Shown here: piece after piece, positions 26,598 through 39,800 of the stretch
Numbering within the stretch: position 1 is the first letter of the stretch
How the letters are laid out: every line of letters starts with the position of its first letter
Source of the DNA: Phoronis australis
Taxonomy: Eukaryota; Animalia; Phoronida
Length of the DNA stretch: 64,000 nt
Assembly (NCBI GenBank): GCA_002633005.1
Contig: NMRA01000029.1
Location: 760,956 to 824,955, forward strand
Direction of reading: 5' to 3'
Notes under the pieces: generated by a model
The model's input: the letters and a program-made list of their open reading frames with translations, nothing else
What the model was told of the DNA's origin: nothing
Databases searched by the model: none
Position numbers and translations under genes: made by a program

Positions 26598-27300
26598 GTT
26601 GGGAATCCAAGTCTCGTTCAACGATAACAAGCGTAATCTTAGAAAACGTACGCTAATATTCATGAGCATTATAAAATAAATCAAAATATTCTTAGTATTT
26701 GATAAAAAATATGGAATGTATCACGTAATTTTATACATCCATATTTTTATGGAAATTTATTTTTACTCGTTGATGGACTGGTGCTAGTGACAGTATCTTT
26801 TATATTTTGTGGTTTTCATATCTCTACACCATCAAAAGTAGTTCACGCATCCTGGACATTTTTCATCCTGGCACTTCCCTCGGTTCCCGGACGAAAACAT
26901 TGAATTGGGTCAAAACTGGACAGAAAGTGGTCCCGACGGAAACTTTAGAAGGTTGTTAAACTGCTTTTAACACTTGTTATGGCTCCAGAGTGAGAAAAAT
27001 GTTTCGAAACAGTCGCATATGTTTGTCACATTTTGTCAAAATGGCGGCTATTTGTATCTCGTCTCCCTTCTCGTCGGGCACATGTTTAGGCAGAAAAACT
27101 AAAATGTTTCGTCTGCAAGCGCTGCCGGCATGAGCCTTACGCATTTGCCGTCTATGGAGGCTTCGTTTATGACACTTACTCACCTGAGGAAAAACGTTTA
27201 TTCTGTCCTATTGGCCCTATGTGCTTGATAAAAAGTGTGCATTTGGTGTGAGTTCGTTGATTATGTGATTTATCTCGTAAATTGCTCAGACCAATGGATA
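26598..27300. promoter_or_regulatory. Probable bidirectional promoter between SUCLG2 and DMTF1
   Basis: Divergent genes; CpG-richer patch; YY1 consensus CAAAATGGCGGC at 27037-27048; CCAAT-like boxes near 27210 and 27291; candidate + strand donor GTGAGT at 27248 for a non-coding DMTF1 first exon, with acceptor TTTTCAG ending 30829. Confidence 0.6.
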
Positions 27301-27367
27301 ATCCAAAGCCAAGATCAGACATAATGAGAACTAAACACAGTTGATTCAAACAATCCTTTTTGTGTAC

Positions 27368-27666
27368 CAGTGGTGGAATTAGGGGGGGCAAGGGGGCCAC
27401 CCCCCCCCCCCTAAAATTCTACCAGGTACCATTTGGGAGTTCGGGTGCGAGTTGCTGACTAGCACACATGTGTACATCCAGGGGGGCTCGTGGGGGGGTG
27501 AATAATCAATGCATAGGTCCTGAACAAACCCTGTTTACCTTTTTTTAATCAACAGGTCCTAAACCCAAATATTCAAGACCCTCGCATCCCCACATTTTAG
27601 GCGGGCGCACGCATCTGCCCAAATTCTGGTTATTCCTGTGCCCTGCCCCCCCTGGATCCGCCCCTG
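27368..27666. mobile_element. GC-rich hAT-type MITE
   Basis: CAGTGGTGGAATTAGGGGGG ... CCCCCCTGGATCCGCCCCTG inverted ends. Confidence 0.7.
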
Positions 27667-28469
27667 TGTATCATCAGCTAATGTGTCATTAGTGTCCCAC
27701 TAGAGTAATAAAAGCAGGAGTCAACTGGAGACTGGTGTTCTCTGTGTGGTACATAGTCATTAGATATTATGGTTCTTGGTGGGTAATTCCCCACAGTTGC
27801 AGTGTAAATGATGGGGCTCATAATGCCTGTGCCTAACTGATTTAGTGCACTTCAGTTTGGCATGGTTGGTCATCCTGACTGATGCCTGCGCCAAATTGAA
27901 ACTACTGTAATTTCTCAAATTACTTCCAGTAACTGTTCTTAGAAGTGAAATTGACAACAACAAAAAATGGCTGCTTTCGTATGCATGTCATAAGGATTAA
28001 TCACATGGGAAATGTCCCGAGAAACTATTACGCACCATTTCACGCCCATTGTCATCAGTTTCAGTTCTGATAACCGTTAAAAAATTATAAACTACTGGCA
28101 GTAATTTGGGACTGACTAATCATAAGCTTCAGTTTGGTGCAGGCAACACACTGGCCTGAAGTGTCATAGGTCTCGATCACGCTCGCTCGTTCAGGTGGCT
28201 TTGTAAGAAGCTTTCAAGTTTACTCTAACTAAGCTTTTGAGGGTTGCTGAGCGTTACAGAACATTGTTTTGTTTCAGAGAAATGAATGGGAAATTTGTTT
28301 TTAATTAGCCAAAACAGGGCTTGGTATACTTTTAAGATTTTCCCTTGTTGATGTCAAGTTGATAGTTGTTGTATGAAAGATGGAAGGATTCAAGTAGTGG
28401 AGGAAAATTTAATTTTGTTTTGTAGGAGAGTCAGCTTTATTGGTGGTCCTATGAATAGTGCCATGATTG

Positions 28470-29474
28470 CAGGCCTTCATGCAGCGTCCGTCCTAATGTA
28501 GACGCCCTGGCAAGGACGCCCAATGTATCATTTGGACGCCCTGTCAATCAGAATTTCTCCAGTTTGGACACCCACATTGAAAGAGTACTAAGACTCCCAC
28601 TTAATCAAAGTGGGAAGTTGGCCCTTTCAAGTCGGAAAGAGATATACAAAGTATTTAAAATATTGCAATATTCAAACTATTTTCAAACTATTTGGTAGAC
28701 CTGTCAATCATTAGCACGTGGTTGGTTGCCAGAGTGTCTGCTTTCAATAGACTCACATGCTACTGCCCTTCTGTACTTTATAAAGGGACATGGACCTTGC
28801 TTAACTCCAAACTGGTGTTTCAGAGCTGTAATTTCATGTACTTCATCTTTTTTAAAATACCAAAAGCAAAATAAATGTCATTAGTTTAATAATATGATGT
28901 GCCGCAAGAATATCCCCATTTAAAATGTTTGAGTTTTCGCCTGTTTCATGCTTTTCTATGTGCGTCTAAAATGGAGCAGCAGTGACACCTGTTGTCAAAA
29001 TATAAACCACACATCATCTGTGCATTTTTCTTTTGTTGGTAACTGCAGCTTTGATGACTCATTGTACAGAATATAAAGCTAGTGAAGTTGATATAATAAA
29101 CTTTATAACAGAATTTGACTTGAGATGACCAAAAACAGTGCACTCATCGTTCAACCAATATCTGTAATATCTGTAATACCCGTTTGGTAAGCTATTTGGC
29201 TGTTTTCGTAAATTTAAACATAAAAGTCTTGATCAACAGTTTTTTAGTACTTAAAAAAGCCCAATACAAGGGAGCTGTTTTTGTAAACTTAGGTGTAAAA
29301 GCCTTGTTCAACGCATTTTTAATTGTAAAAAAACCCCACTGTGTGTATTGGGGGGGGGTTACTGGTGAATGGGGTGGGGAGGGGGGGTAATGCGGCGTTG
29401 GAATCATGGACGCCCTGGAATATTGGGAACCCCATTTTGGACACCCTATGTTCGAAATCCTAGATGAAGCCCTG
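28470..29474 (+). mobile_element. Non-autonomous hAT element, copy B, with intact 8-bp target-site duplication
   Basis: TIRs CAGGCCTTCATGCAG / CTAGATGAAGCCCTG; CATGATTG at 28462-28469 and 29475-29482 (an 8-bp TSD is typical of hAT). Confidence 0.9.
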
Positions 29475-30839
29475 CATGATTGCCATTGTTTTGTATTTAG
29501 ATTTAGTAAATAAGATTTGACGTTTTTTTACTTCCAGTTGTTATTGAGACTGCTTTGGCCATGAAAAAATCTGTTTTTGGAATGTCTAGCGAAAACAATA
29601 GAAAATTTGTCACATCTGGAAGCAAAAAAATGTCGGAAGTCTGTTTTTAAAAAGGAACTGTTAATTTAATTTTTGTTCTTTTTCACTTCACGCCAGTTGA
29701 AATGCCCAAACATTAAAGTGCTCCATAATCCATAGTCCTAACATACAAGAAGAGGTTAATTTATACTGGATATACAGAGTATTTCTAAAACACATTTGCT
29801 AAATCTGCAATTAAGAGAAATATGAACAAACATGAAAATGCTTCAGAATTGTTGTTGTTTTGTTTTTCACTATTTCACTGTGGTTCAGAGGAACTTTCCC
29901 TATAGTGAATGTCCTTATCATAGTACGTTGACATCAAGAAACAAAATGGTCGTGATGCAATCTTGGGGAATTAGGACACTATAAACTGGACACACTATTT
30001 TACAGATTTAAATAACCTAGTCCATATTTAAATAACCTAGTCCATCAAAAGAGCAAAGAAGTGGGAACAAATATCTTGATTTGTTAAGCATCTCTTGTCA
30101 GTTTTTGTGTATAGCTTTGAATTCGCATGTGATAGGCCTACAAAGAGCTGGCTATTCGCTGAGGCTGGTCAGTCACAACGAAATTGCATTATGTTGAAAT
30201 GATTTTTATGATTGTGTTTTTTTAAATGAATATCATGGTATGTGGTTGTATTAGGGCTTGACTCTGTAGATGTGTTAATGCTTGATATGTGGCGAGATTT
30301 CCCATGTATGCGAATTGGATAATAATTCAAAAAGCATGCCAAAATTGTATGAGGCCACTTGACTTACCTCAAAATCCAACTGCTGCACGGTGGTTTGGTA
30401 GTTTGCCCAATTATGTTGCACACCCAGCAGAACAATGTGGCAAGATTATACAAAAGGTTTAGGTTGTAAATGTAACATTTCTTGTTTGATTTTAAAATTC
30501 GAAAACCTTATCACGTCTACTTTTCACTAACTACGCAAGTATGCTGTTTAAAATATTTTGAAACAGATGTTTGAATTAAATACTTTTGTCACCCCCAGTG
30601 TGTTTATGATGGTCTGATTATCTAGAGAATGATAACATCAGCAGCCTGAGGTAGTGTAATTAACTGCAACAGCATGTTGTCTTTAATCATTACCGGCAAA
30701 TTTCGAGGTACGCAAACAGGTCGAGTTGCCCAATCTCGACCGGTGAGGATTCTTTTCGTGGAAGGTTAACAAACTCTGTAAGTAAGTGCGGCGTGGATTA
30801 ATCAAGCTTATGTGAAAATGCATTTTCAGTGTTGCCATA

Positions 30840-33800
30840 ATGGATGATGCTGGTGATGTTACCACAGAGACGATAACTGCGGGCGATTGTAGCTCAGTGG
30901 TAAATGAGGATCAAATGAGTCCATCACCAGCGGCGACACCTACTGGAGGAGAAGAGGAGGTCCCGCCCACTGTCACTGGTGTCGAGGGTCATGTGCAGCA
31001 AATTGTTGTACCATCAGAAGGTGTATATTAGATGAAGTATAAGCGCTCAATTAATTTTTACAATAAACTTTCCATTTAGGCTACTTAATGTGTATTTTGC
31101 CACTGCTTAGCAGTCAGTGAGATTTAGAAAAATCCCCACACTTATCTGATTCTGAAGTTGCTGAACGAGCCAGCAACTCAAATCGGAGTCAGTGTGCCAT
31201 TTTCGAATTAGCAATTTTAGGTTTGGCCAACCTTTAAACTCAAGAGTTTTCTTCGGTCGTTGATGGTTCTAAAATTTTATTAAGAATAGAAATCAAGTCA
31301 CCATGATATGCAGTGTTCTCTAATGAGCTGCTTGGTAGCACTCACAACATTTAAATTGATAGCAGCCAGTCTGAAAACTTAGTAACCAGTTCTCAAAAAA
31401 CCCATTAATATCCAAATCATTTATCTTCCACCAAAAGACTCCCTTTACTCCTCAAAACTGACAGATAAGGCACTGGCAAAACAACAGTCCACGTCACACT
31501 GTTGGCATAATATTTAGTATGTCAAGTGGGCCGTATTCTTTATCGAGTAAAAAATTGACAAGTCTATACTGGTGTCAAAAGAAAATCTCCGGAGATTCAT
31601 TTTAGTGCAAAACTTTGAGTGTGCAGCGAGATAGTTTAGCTGTGACTGCTAAGTTCTTGACTTCAATTGATACAAGGCACAGTATGCGTTATTTGAGGAA
31701 CGTGATGGACACCAATCTTCAGAATTTTGGCTTACCAGTGTCCCAAACTGGAACCTTTTTGTCGTAGTTTTTGCCACCACGCCACTGATGACTTACACTG
31801 CCTGAATGTATTCAACTTTACAAATTGTCGCCAATTGTGCAGTGACTGATCATCTTGATGTGATGTTTCAGGTACCAGTGCTGACATCGACCCACATGAT
31901 GAAGTCGATGGTGCTAGTGGTGAGCCTGCTACTAAGAAAATCCGGGTGCTACAAGAGGATGGCCAGATACTTGTACTAGCTGTATCAGGTACGTGACATT
32001 GGAGACTGCAAAACAGTGGTACAGCAGGAGATGGAACTAATCGGACACAATACCATTTTCCCATCTTGAGAGCTAATTCTGTTCTCAGCAAAATTTACTG
32101 GTAATAACTAATAGGGTGTTAAAACTCTAGTTAAAGAATTGCGTACCACCTTACTAAGCTTTAATGTTAACTCATTGTTATTCTCGGTAACGAGAGAAGA
32201 CTGCTCCGACGATGAATTCGGCTTCTGCTCAATTCATGATGAGGGAATTCTGGGTCACTTTTGGTCAGTACATCGAGCATTTTCCAGTAAGAGGTTCAAC
32301 TTGTAGATAGGCTGTTACAAAGTTGTATAGGTTTTACGGTTTTGAGTTTAAGCCCAAGCTGAAGAGACTGACATCTTCTGGCAAAATAGTGCCAAACAAG
32401 AACCAATATGTATTTAGCACAGCCTATGTTTGAGCCAGCCTATGTATTGTTGTTACACTTCTGAATGAAAACTGAAACGGGCGAATTTAAAATGAACAGC
32501 GGCATTTCATTGGCCTACAACTCATGCCGAAAGTGGTCAACTTCTAATATAAGTAGGAAAATTTTGAAACATCCATATTTTAGAAGAAAAATAGCAGCAT
32601 TGCGCCAGTATCCCTGATACTAATATTCATGATGGGCCTGACCAATAGATGGTGTGTTAGTCAGACGATGTGGCAAACCATCAGAGATGCAGCATTGCTA
32701 AATGCAAGTTACCGGTTCCAACGTTCATTTTAATTTTTTTCGTCTATAATTTCTCGCTTTGTTGTAGAACAAGAGGCCAACCAGTTGGGTACCACACACA
32801 CCTTTCCTAGTGAACTCGGCACATCCAGTCGACCCAACTTGCCCTCAGCCAACACAGACGTCAACCAAGCCTGGTTCACAAAGAAGGGAGAGAAAAGTGC
32901 TCTGCACCAAACAGGTAGGCATGGCTATATTGACCTTCAGCACCTATTAATGAACTCTTCCTAAGTTTAGGTATTGCTTATAATGTGTCATGGGAGGATA
33001 TAGCTTGTGACCAATTTTAGCTGTAAATGGTTTCAGTCGAAACTAAGTGACTGTGGAAAATTGTGAATACAGGTTCATCAAAACTGGTCAAAATAACTCA
33101 CTGTGTTTTGATTTGTAGTTTCGAAGAGGCTTTGCGCCAAGGTCCAGTTGAATGAAAAATGGTTGTCGACTTCCAAGACTGCCATGGCAGAGTTAGATGC
33201 ACTCAAAATCAAGAACAACATGTTCTTGCATATTATGAGTGGTCATCGCTATATGTTTTTCTGGCTTAAAGCACATCCTGTAAATGGCAAGCTATTAATA
33301 GGACATCAGTTTCGTGGCCAAAAATGCACTTGGGGATTATTGTTGGATGGGATAGGCCTTTTGAAGTTATTAGCTTTGACTCGAGCTTTAAAATAACAAA
33401 GTGTTCTTTTATTTTATTGCAACCAATTTTCACCCTTTTCTACCAGACATTCACTAAATAAAATCAAGGTCAGTGAATGCACTGTAATGTAATACTGTGT
33501 TTGATTTAGCAGTAGAGTATTTGACTGTTGCTGCTGAGCTTCTGGGTTAGATTTCGCATTACTGCTAATTTTTAAAGACTTGGTTTTCAGGCCACAAGGT
33601 CCCTCCACTTGGTTTTGAAAAATTTTCAGAAGTTGCTGTTGATGCAGGTTTGATAATGGTATTATTTTTAATCAATGCCAAGCGCATATTATATATTTCC
33701 ATAAAGGTCACAGCTGGAAGCAAGGCCAGTGGTCCAAAGACGAAGTGGACATATTGCAGTCAAACATAGCAGTCTACTGCAAGGTCAGTCACTTTCTCTA

Positions 33801-36800
33801 CCCATTTGGCTTGACTCCCTATTTTGGCTGATTTCTAATATTTTAAAATTTTGACATTGAAAGTCCACGTTGTTAGTTGTGCCCATTGCTGTGGTTGTTG
33901 ACCCAAACAGAATGGTATTTAATTTTCACTTTTTAAGTTCTGTACTGTAACTACCATCGGACACTGTTTTGAGAAATCGTGGGCATTTGCATCTGTTCGA
34001 AGCTTTTGGCAAGTGAAAAGAATCAGTTTGGGATTTTTGTCTGAAGTTGTTGAGATCTTGCTGTACATTTTTAATTTTCTAAANGTTGTATTAGTTTCCC
34101 AGTCACTGTCACCGTCACTTTGAGTGCCAATTCCAGCTTGTTTTCACTATCTGAGTCCATGAACACTTCCTCAAGAAACTGGTCAACAGTCATCTTACCA
34201 TGTTTGGCACCAGCCAAGATAAAACTTGTGTAAACTTTCAAATATCTCGGCAACGACTCACCACAGCCATATGTTGTAAATCAGAAAAATGTACAGGAAA
34301 CTATGGACTGTGGAATGCGCATGCTCACATATATAAACAACATACGGGGCTTTCACAATTTCTGAATGAAAAACACGAGTGTCCTGGGGTGAGTACACCC
34401 TCCTTGCGCAGTCTAGCCGTAGCTTATTATAGGCGATTGAGTACACCCAACGCATTTAGTAGGATAATTGGCTTGTCGGCTGACCTCGCCTAGCGCAGGA
34501 TAAGGGTTAAGTTCTGTACTGTAACTACCATCGGACACTGTTTTGAGAAATCGTGGGCATTTGCATCTGTTCGAAGCTTTTGGCAAGTGAAAAGAATCAG
34601 TTTGGGATTTTTGTCTGAAGTTGTTGAGATCTTGCTGTACATTTTTAATTTTCTAAATTTAGAACTCGCAGTGCTTTCACAAAAGAAACCTCTTCAGAAG
34701 TGAAGTGAAAGGAAACTGTTACGCGCATAGTAGATTTCACGTATGATATTTTGACACAGGCTAGAAACATTAGCGACCCCACTGAGATCATTTTCGAGAT
34801 GAATAAAGATGAACGAAAAGACTTCTATCGGTGCATCGCCCAGGGCTTGGAGCGCCCTCTATTTTCTGTGTATCGCCGTGTCATTCGCATGTACGACCAG
34901 AAGAATTACATGGGCAAATACACTCCAGATGAAATAGAGAAACTGAAAGAGTGAGTAGTTCTGTTTTCAATCATTTGCTCTGCATTACTATTGGCTTATT
35001 AATTTTGTATGCTCTTGAAAAGTGCATGGCCTGAAGGGATTCCGTATTTTGAGAACCAGCGTGTTATTCAGTCAAGAAAACTGGTTCTCAAAATGCAATA
35101 CCCCTGTAAGTAACTATTACTGAAGTTACTTCAGCAACCCAGATGTTATTCAGCGAATGTCCTTGTTTCAGGATTTTTTCAGTTTTGTTCACATGAAACT
35201 ATTAAGCAAATTGACAGATTTTTATATTCATTTGACTTCCGTCTAAATACTCTATTTCAGTACAAAAAGTGACCTCTGTTTAAAAGGTTACTCATTTTGT
35301 TTCAATGATATATTTTAAAACACAAAAAATTACTGTTGTAAATTTATTTTGTGTTGCTGTATAGTCTGAACATTCATGGTGCACGACTGTTGATTAAAGC
35401 TTTCACAAGAATGTATTAAGCACTTTAACGTTCAAAGTAAAGAATGTCACTGAAAATTTCCTAAAACTTCAAGTTTAACCTTTAATGTGTATTTACGCCA
35501 CCATATTCACAGGTTGCGGAGATTACATGGCTCTGACTGGGCAACTATTGGGGCAGCCATGGGTAGGAGTGCCTCATCAGTGAAAGACAGATGTCGACTG
35601 ATGAAAGACACCTGTATGACAGGTGGGTTACACTCAGCTATGTTTCATAGTTACGAGAATCTGGGTGGCGGAAATATTGTGTCGTTTGTGTTCTCTTGGT
35701 GATGGTATTTCAGTTGTAATGCTGCCATGGAATTCTGTTCTTCAAATAGCTTTTCAAAGTACGCGCACAAGCTTGGAATCGGGATGCTAGACTGTTGCTA
35801 TTCTCTGGAAAGGTCGATGTTGACAAAAGCCTTATTCATTTGCTTCGTGTCAAAATTCACGTGTTGACTGTGTTTATTGCTCTTCGCCTGTGTAGGTAAG
35901 TGGCTCCCATCTGAAGAGAAGCTCCTTGCTGACGCTGTCTATGAGTTGTCTGGTGTCAACCCTGGTGAGACAGTGACCAACGGTCTGTCATGGTCATCTG
36001 TCGCCGAGCGTGTTGGCACACGGTCAGAGAAACAGTGCCGGTCAAAGTGGCTAAACTACCTGAACTGGAAACAGACTGGCGGCACAGAGTGGACGAGGGA
36101 AGATGACGTCAACCTGGTGTTAAAGTACGTGGTCACTTGCATGCTACTAGGAGCGTCACGTGTGCACTTTGATTTTGTGAGCCATTCTTTTTTAAGGAAT
36201 GCCAACGATGCTACTTGATTAAAGTTCACAAAGAGGTTAGATGCATGCACTCATGACTGAATTGCTTTTATGCCTAGAACTCAATGGCAGTGTGTTGAGA
36301 GTGGATTCCCTTTGACACGATGAGATTGTGTGAAAAAACGTACTTGCCTGAAATTCTGTGACGTTTTGTGACATTGTGAGAATTCTGTGACAAAATGTAA
36401 GAAATTTGTCAAGTAGTTTTTAGTGTTTTGTTGGATTTGCTGTTATTTTTACTGCATTAAGTGGTGTTTCATTTTTTTCAAAAATTGGAAAATTATGGAA
36501 TTCATCGTCATCACTGAAAGATATTGTGTCTTACATGTGTGACTAAAGCAGAGTTGATGTGACTTATGCAAACAGCACTAAAAACACTCACTGTCTGACA
36601 TTTGTGACATCTCTGTGAACACACGGCATTACCATACCCTTTGTGTTTCATATGCAATAAACCTTATGTGGTGGATATACAGACTCACTACATTCTAACA
36701 AAGACATGCTGGCTCAATAAACTAGGGCATGTCTTTATGATTGGGCTTGACTAGGCTGGGGTAAGGCTCCTGGCCTGGGCTAGCCTTGGTGTAAAAAGGT

Positions 36801-39800
36801 CTGAAAACGCTATTCTCATGAATTGTGACCTGCCAGTAAACATGAATCCATGCTCTCTTGGTGTGTAAAAGCTAATTGCAAATTTGTTGTTTACTATGCT
36901 CCTCTAGTATGTACTTTTCATCTGCACATTACAGAGTTGCTGAGAGTGGAGTTACTGATGAGACTCAATTAGACTGGGTGGATCTGGCGAAAAATTGGTC
37001 AAGGTATGTACCTTAAGGATGTATAATGTCACCTGTCTCGGCTGTTTTAATTGTCGAAAACAGCAACTTTAGGACTGGTTAAGATTGCTTACCACTGGAA
37101 AGCTTGGTTTTAAATTAAAATTGGGTTTAAATTAGAAATCATTTTTTTTTTTCAGAAGAAATGGTGTGTCACTTCTTGCTGAACTCAAGTTGGCCAGCAT
37201 TGTTTATCACATTTTCGCACTGAAAACAATATTATAAGTAGTAGGCTGATGTGTAATCTCATTATTCTTGTTAATGGATTGAAATTCAACTAATTTGAGC
37301 AATAGTTATGCCCCACATGTCTTGCACCTCTCTTCCCATGCTGCATCTTTAAATAGCTGTTGTAATTTTTTATTTACAGATTTTTAATTTACCAAAATCT
37401 TAAAATGAAATTTACATCTTTTCATGCTGAACTTACTGTAAGATGCCCAATGTCTACTTGTCATTTCCAGTGTCCGTTCCCCTCAGTGGCTACGAGGTAA
37501 ATGGTGGTCATTGAAACGGCACTGCCCTGATGGTCACCTGTTACCCTTTACAGGTATAGGAACATTACTTCACTAGTTATTATGTACCTATCATTGGTTT
37601 GGTCTTCGTAAAGGACTTTGTTGGTGTTTCTTTAAGTAACTGTCAAGTAATTGTTCAGCAAAAGTTTCATTTTTAAAGTCATGACAATTTTGACTGTTTC
37701 TGTTCATAAACTAGACGTTTGAATTAAGTCGTCTGGCTATTCGTAGACTGGCCACGAGGCCAACCCACTTGACCGTGAGTTGGAATTTTCTGTAAAAAAA
37801 TATAGCTCAGTGGCTTCAGCAGCTTTTATAATGTTTCCAATACTCACGGTGCTAATGTTAAAATGGCAGGAAGTCTGTGCGTTCTGTCAAAAGACAAATT
37901 TTAATTTAGGCCGCGTACTTTTATGACATTGGTCTCAATTTGTTCAAAATAGGTGTGATTTCTTGGCTTGAAAAGGTTTGACATTTCTTATTTATTTGGA
38001 TCGAGCTTATGAAATTTTAGGCCACAATGTCGTGACCTGAACTTAAATGAACTTGGTCTGAAGAAATAATGAACTAACAGCTCTTCCTGAGCACAGAGGT
38101 CACTTCTGAATCGAGTAAGTACCAATGCAAGAAAACTTTCATAATTGTAAGTGGTCTAAATTAAAACGTGTTTTTTGACAGAAAGCGTGGGTTTAGTACC
38201 ACTTAATGAAAAATACCAATAACAGTCATAAAGCTCGCTGTAATAACAATTGTTGACATTAAATAAAAGTTAACTCATTCTCTGCCATAACATCTATGTC
38301 GATTACTCACTTTGACTTTCATCTTTCGTCTGTCAGAGATCGTCAAACAGCTGACTGTCTACCACAGTCAGAATGTAAGGACTAAGAGTATGAGTATGCG
38401 ATTTGCACAACTACCCAGGGTCAGTGTCATGTCCACACCAGGGCTGACCCTACAAGTACCCGTTGCCGTGGCAGCCGGTGAGTGAATCTATGGTGGTTGT
38501 GTTCAAATGATCATGGTGTTTTGGTATTTGACACATTTGAAGACTGAAAGTGTTTATTTACCAATTAGAATCGATGCAGGTCCTACAATGTTCCTATTGG
38601 GAAGGTCAGACAGCAGCATTCACATCTTTTACCCCAGAAATACTAAGGCAACTAAGATTACATTTGTAGCTATTGTTGTGGGCACGTAATGTTGGTTGTT
38701 ATTTCAGTTCTTGTTATTTCACATAGTAGTACTATGCTGAGTCTTGTTTTAGGTATTTTTTACCTGTTAAACAGTCGCAAACTTGTTTACTGTTATCCAA
38801 TAATGAGAATTCTGTGTGGAGAGCTCTGTAGTTTTTGCCTAATTGCATACTGGGCTTTGTTTGGTGGTATGAAAAAATTTACCTGTAGTGGGAATTGAAC
38901 CCAGGATCTCGTGAACGCTTACTGGGCATTCCGACCACTGACGTAATGGGTGAAATTCATTGTTTTATCTTAGTTTGAAGTTTCTTAATTTTTTGACGCC
39001 TAGAAGCATATTCAAGATGCCCTAGATTATTCCTAACCCCCGTTTACCGTTGACGAATCGCGCTGTGTGCTTCTCACTACGGAGTGCACTTGTTTGTCTT
39101 GCAGGTGGTAACAACACACTAACATCATTAGCCGATGTCAACGCCTACGAGTTGATCCCACACGAGCCCACTAGTGGCACCTACCTGATCACCCAGCCCC
39201 AAAACAATCCAGCCATCTCGTTCACCACTAGTAACATGTCGACAGACCACATTATCGTACACACACTGCCGGTGGTATCCGTGAGTATTAGATTTGGAAA
39301 ATGTGACAAATTGGTCGATCTTATAACAGATTTTTGTATTGAATCCACATCAACCATTTCTATGAGGTCTATGAATGCTATGGTATAATATAAATTGTTG
39401 ATAAGATATAAACAGTTAACCGTAGTTGATATAATTTTTCATGGAAGATTTATTATTGGTTGCTTCAATTTATACAATTTCTTATGATCAGTGAGCAATC
39501 ATGATAAATGATGAAAAGAGGTTTTCAATGAATAATGTCTTTTTGTCATCAACCTGATAAGAGTTCTTATCAACCAGAATGGAGGCTTATATAGACCAGT
39601 GGCAAATTGTTGGATAAATCATTTTGGATGCCTTTCCTTCGACTCCGTATCTGCTCTAAATTGCTCTACTTCCTTCATCTGACTGGATTATTTCTCATGC
39701 CATACGGCTTAGTTGTAGTACAATGTTGGTTTATCATTGTGACACCAGAGGTGGTGTTGACTAGATTTCACACTTCTGATTATACTGGAGTAGCATTGAT

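Noticed and set aside
38888-38946. tRNA gene
   Set aside because: A/B-box-like motifs are present but no acceptor stem or cloverleaf; treated as a SINE remnant.
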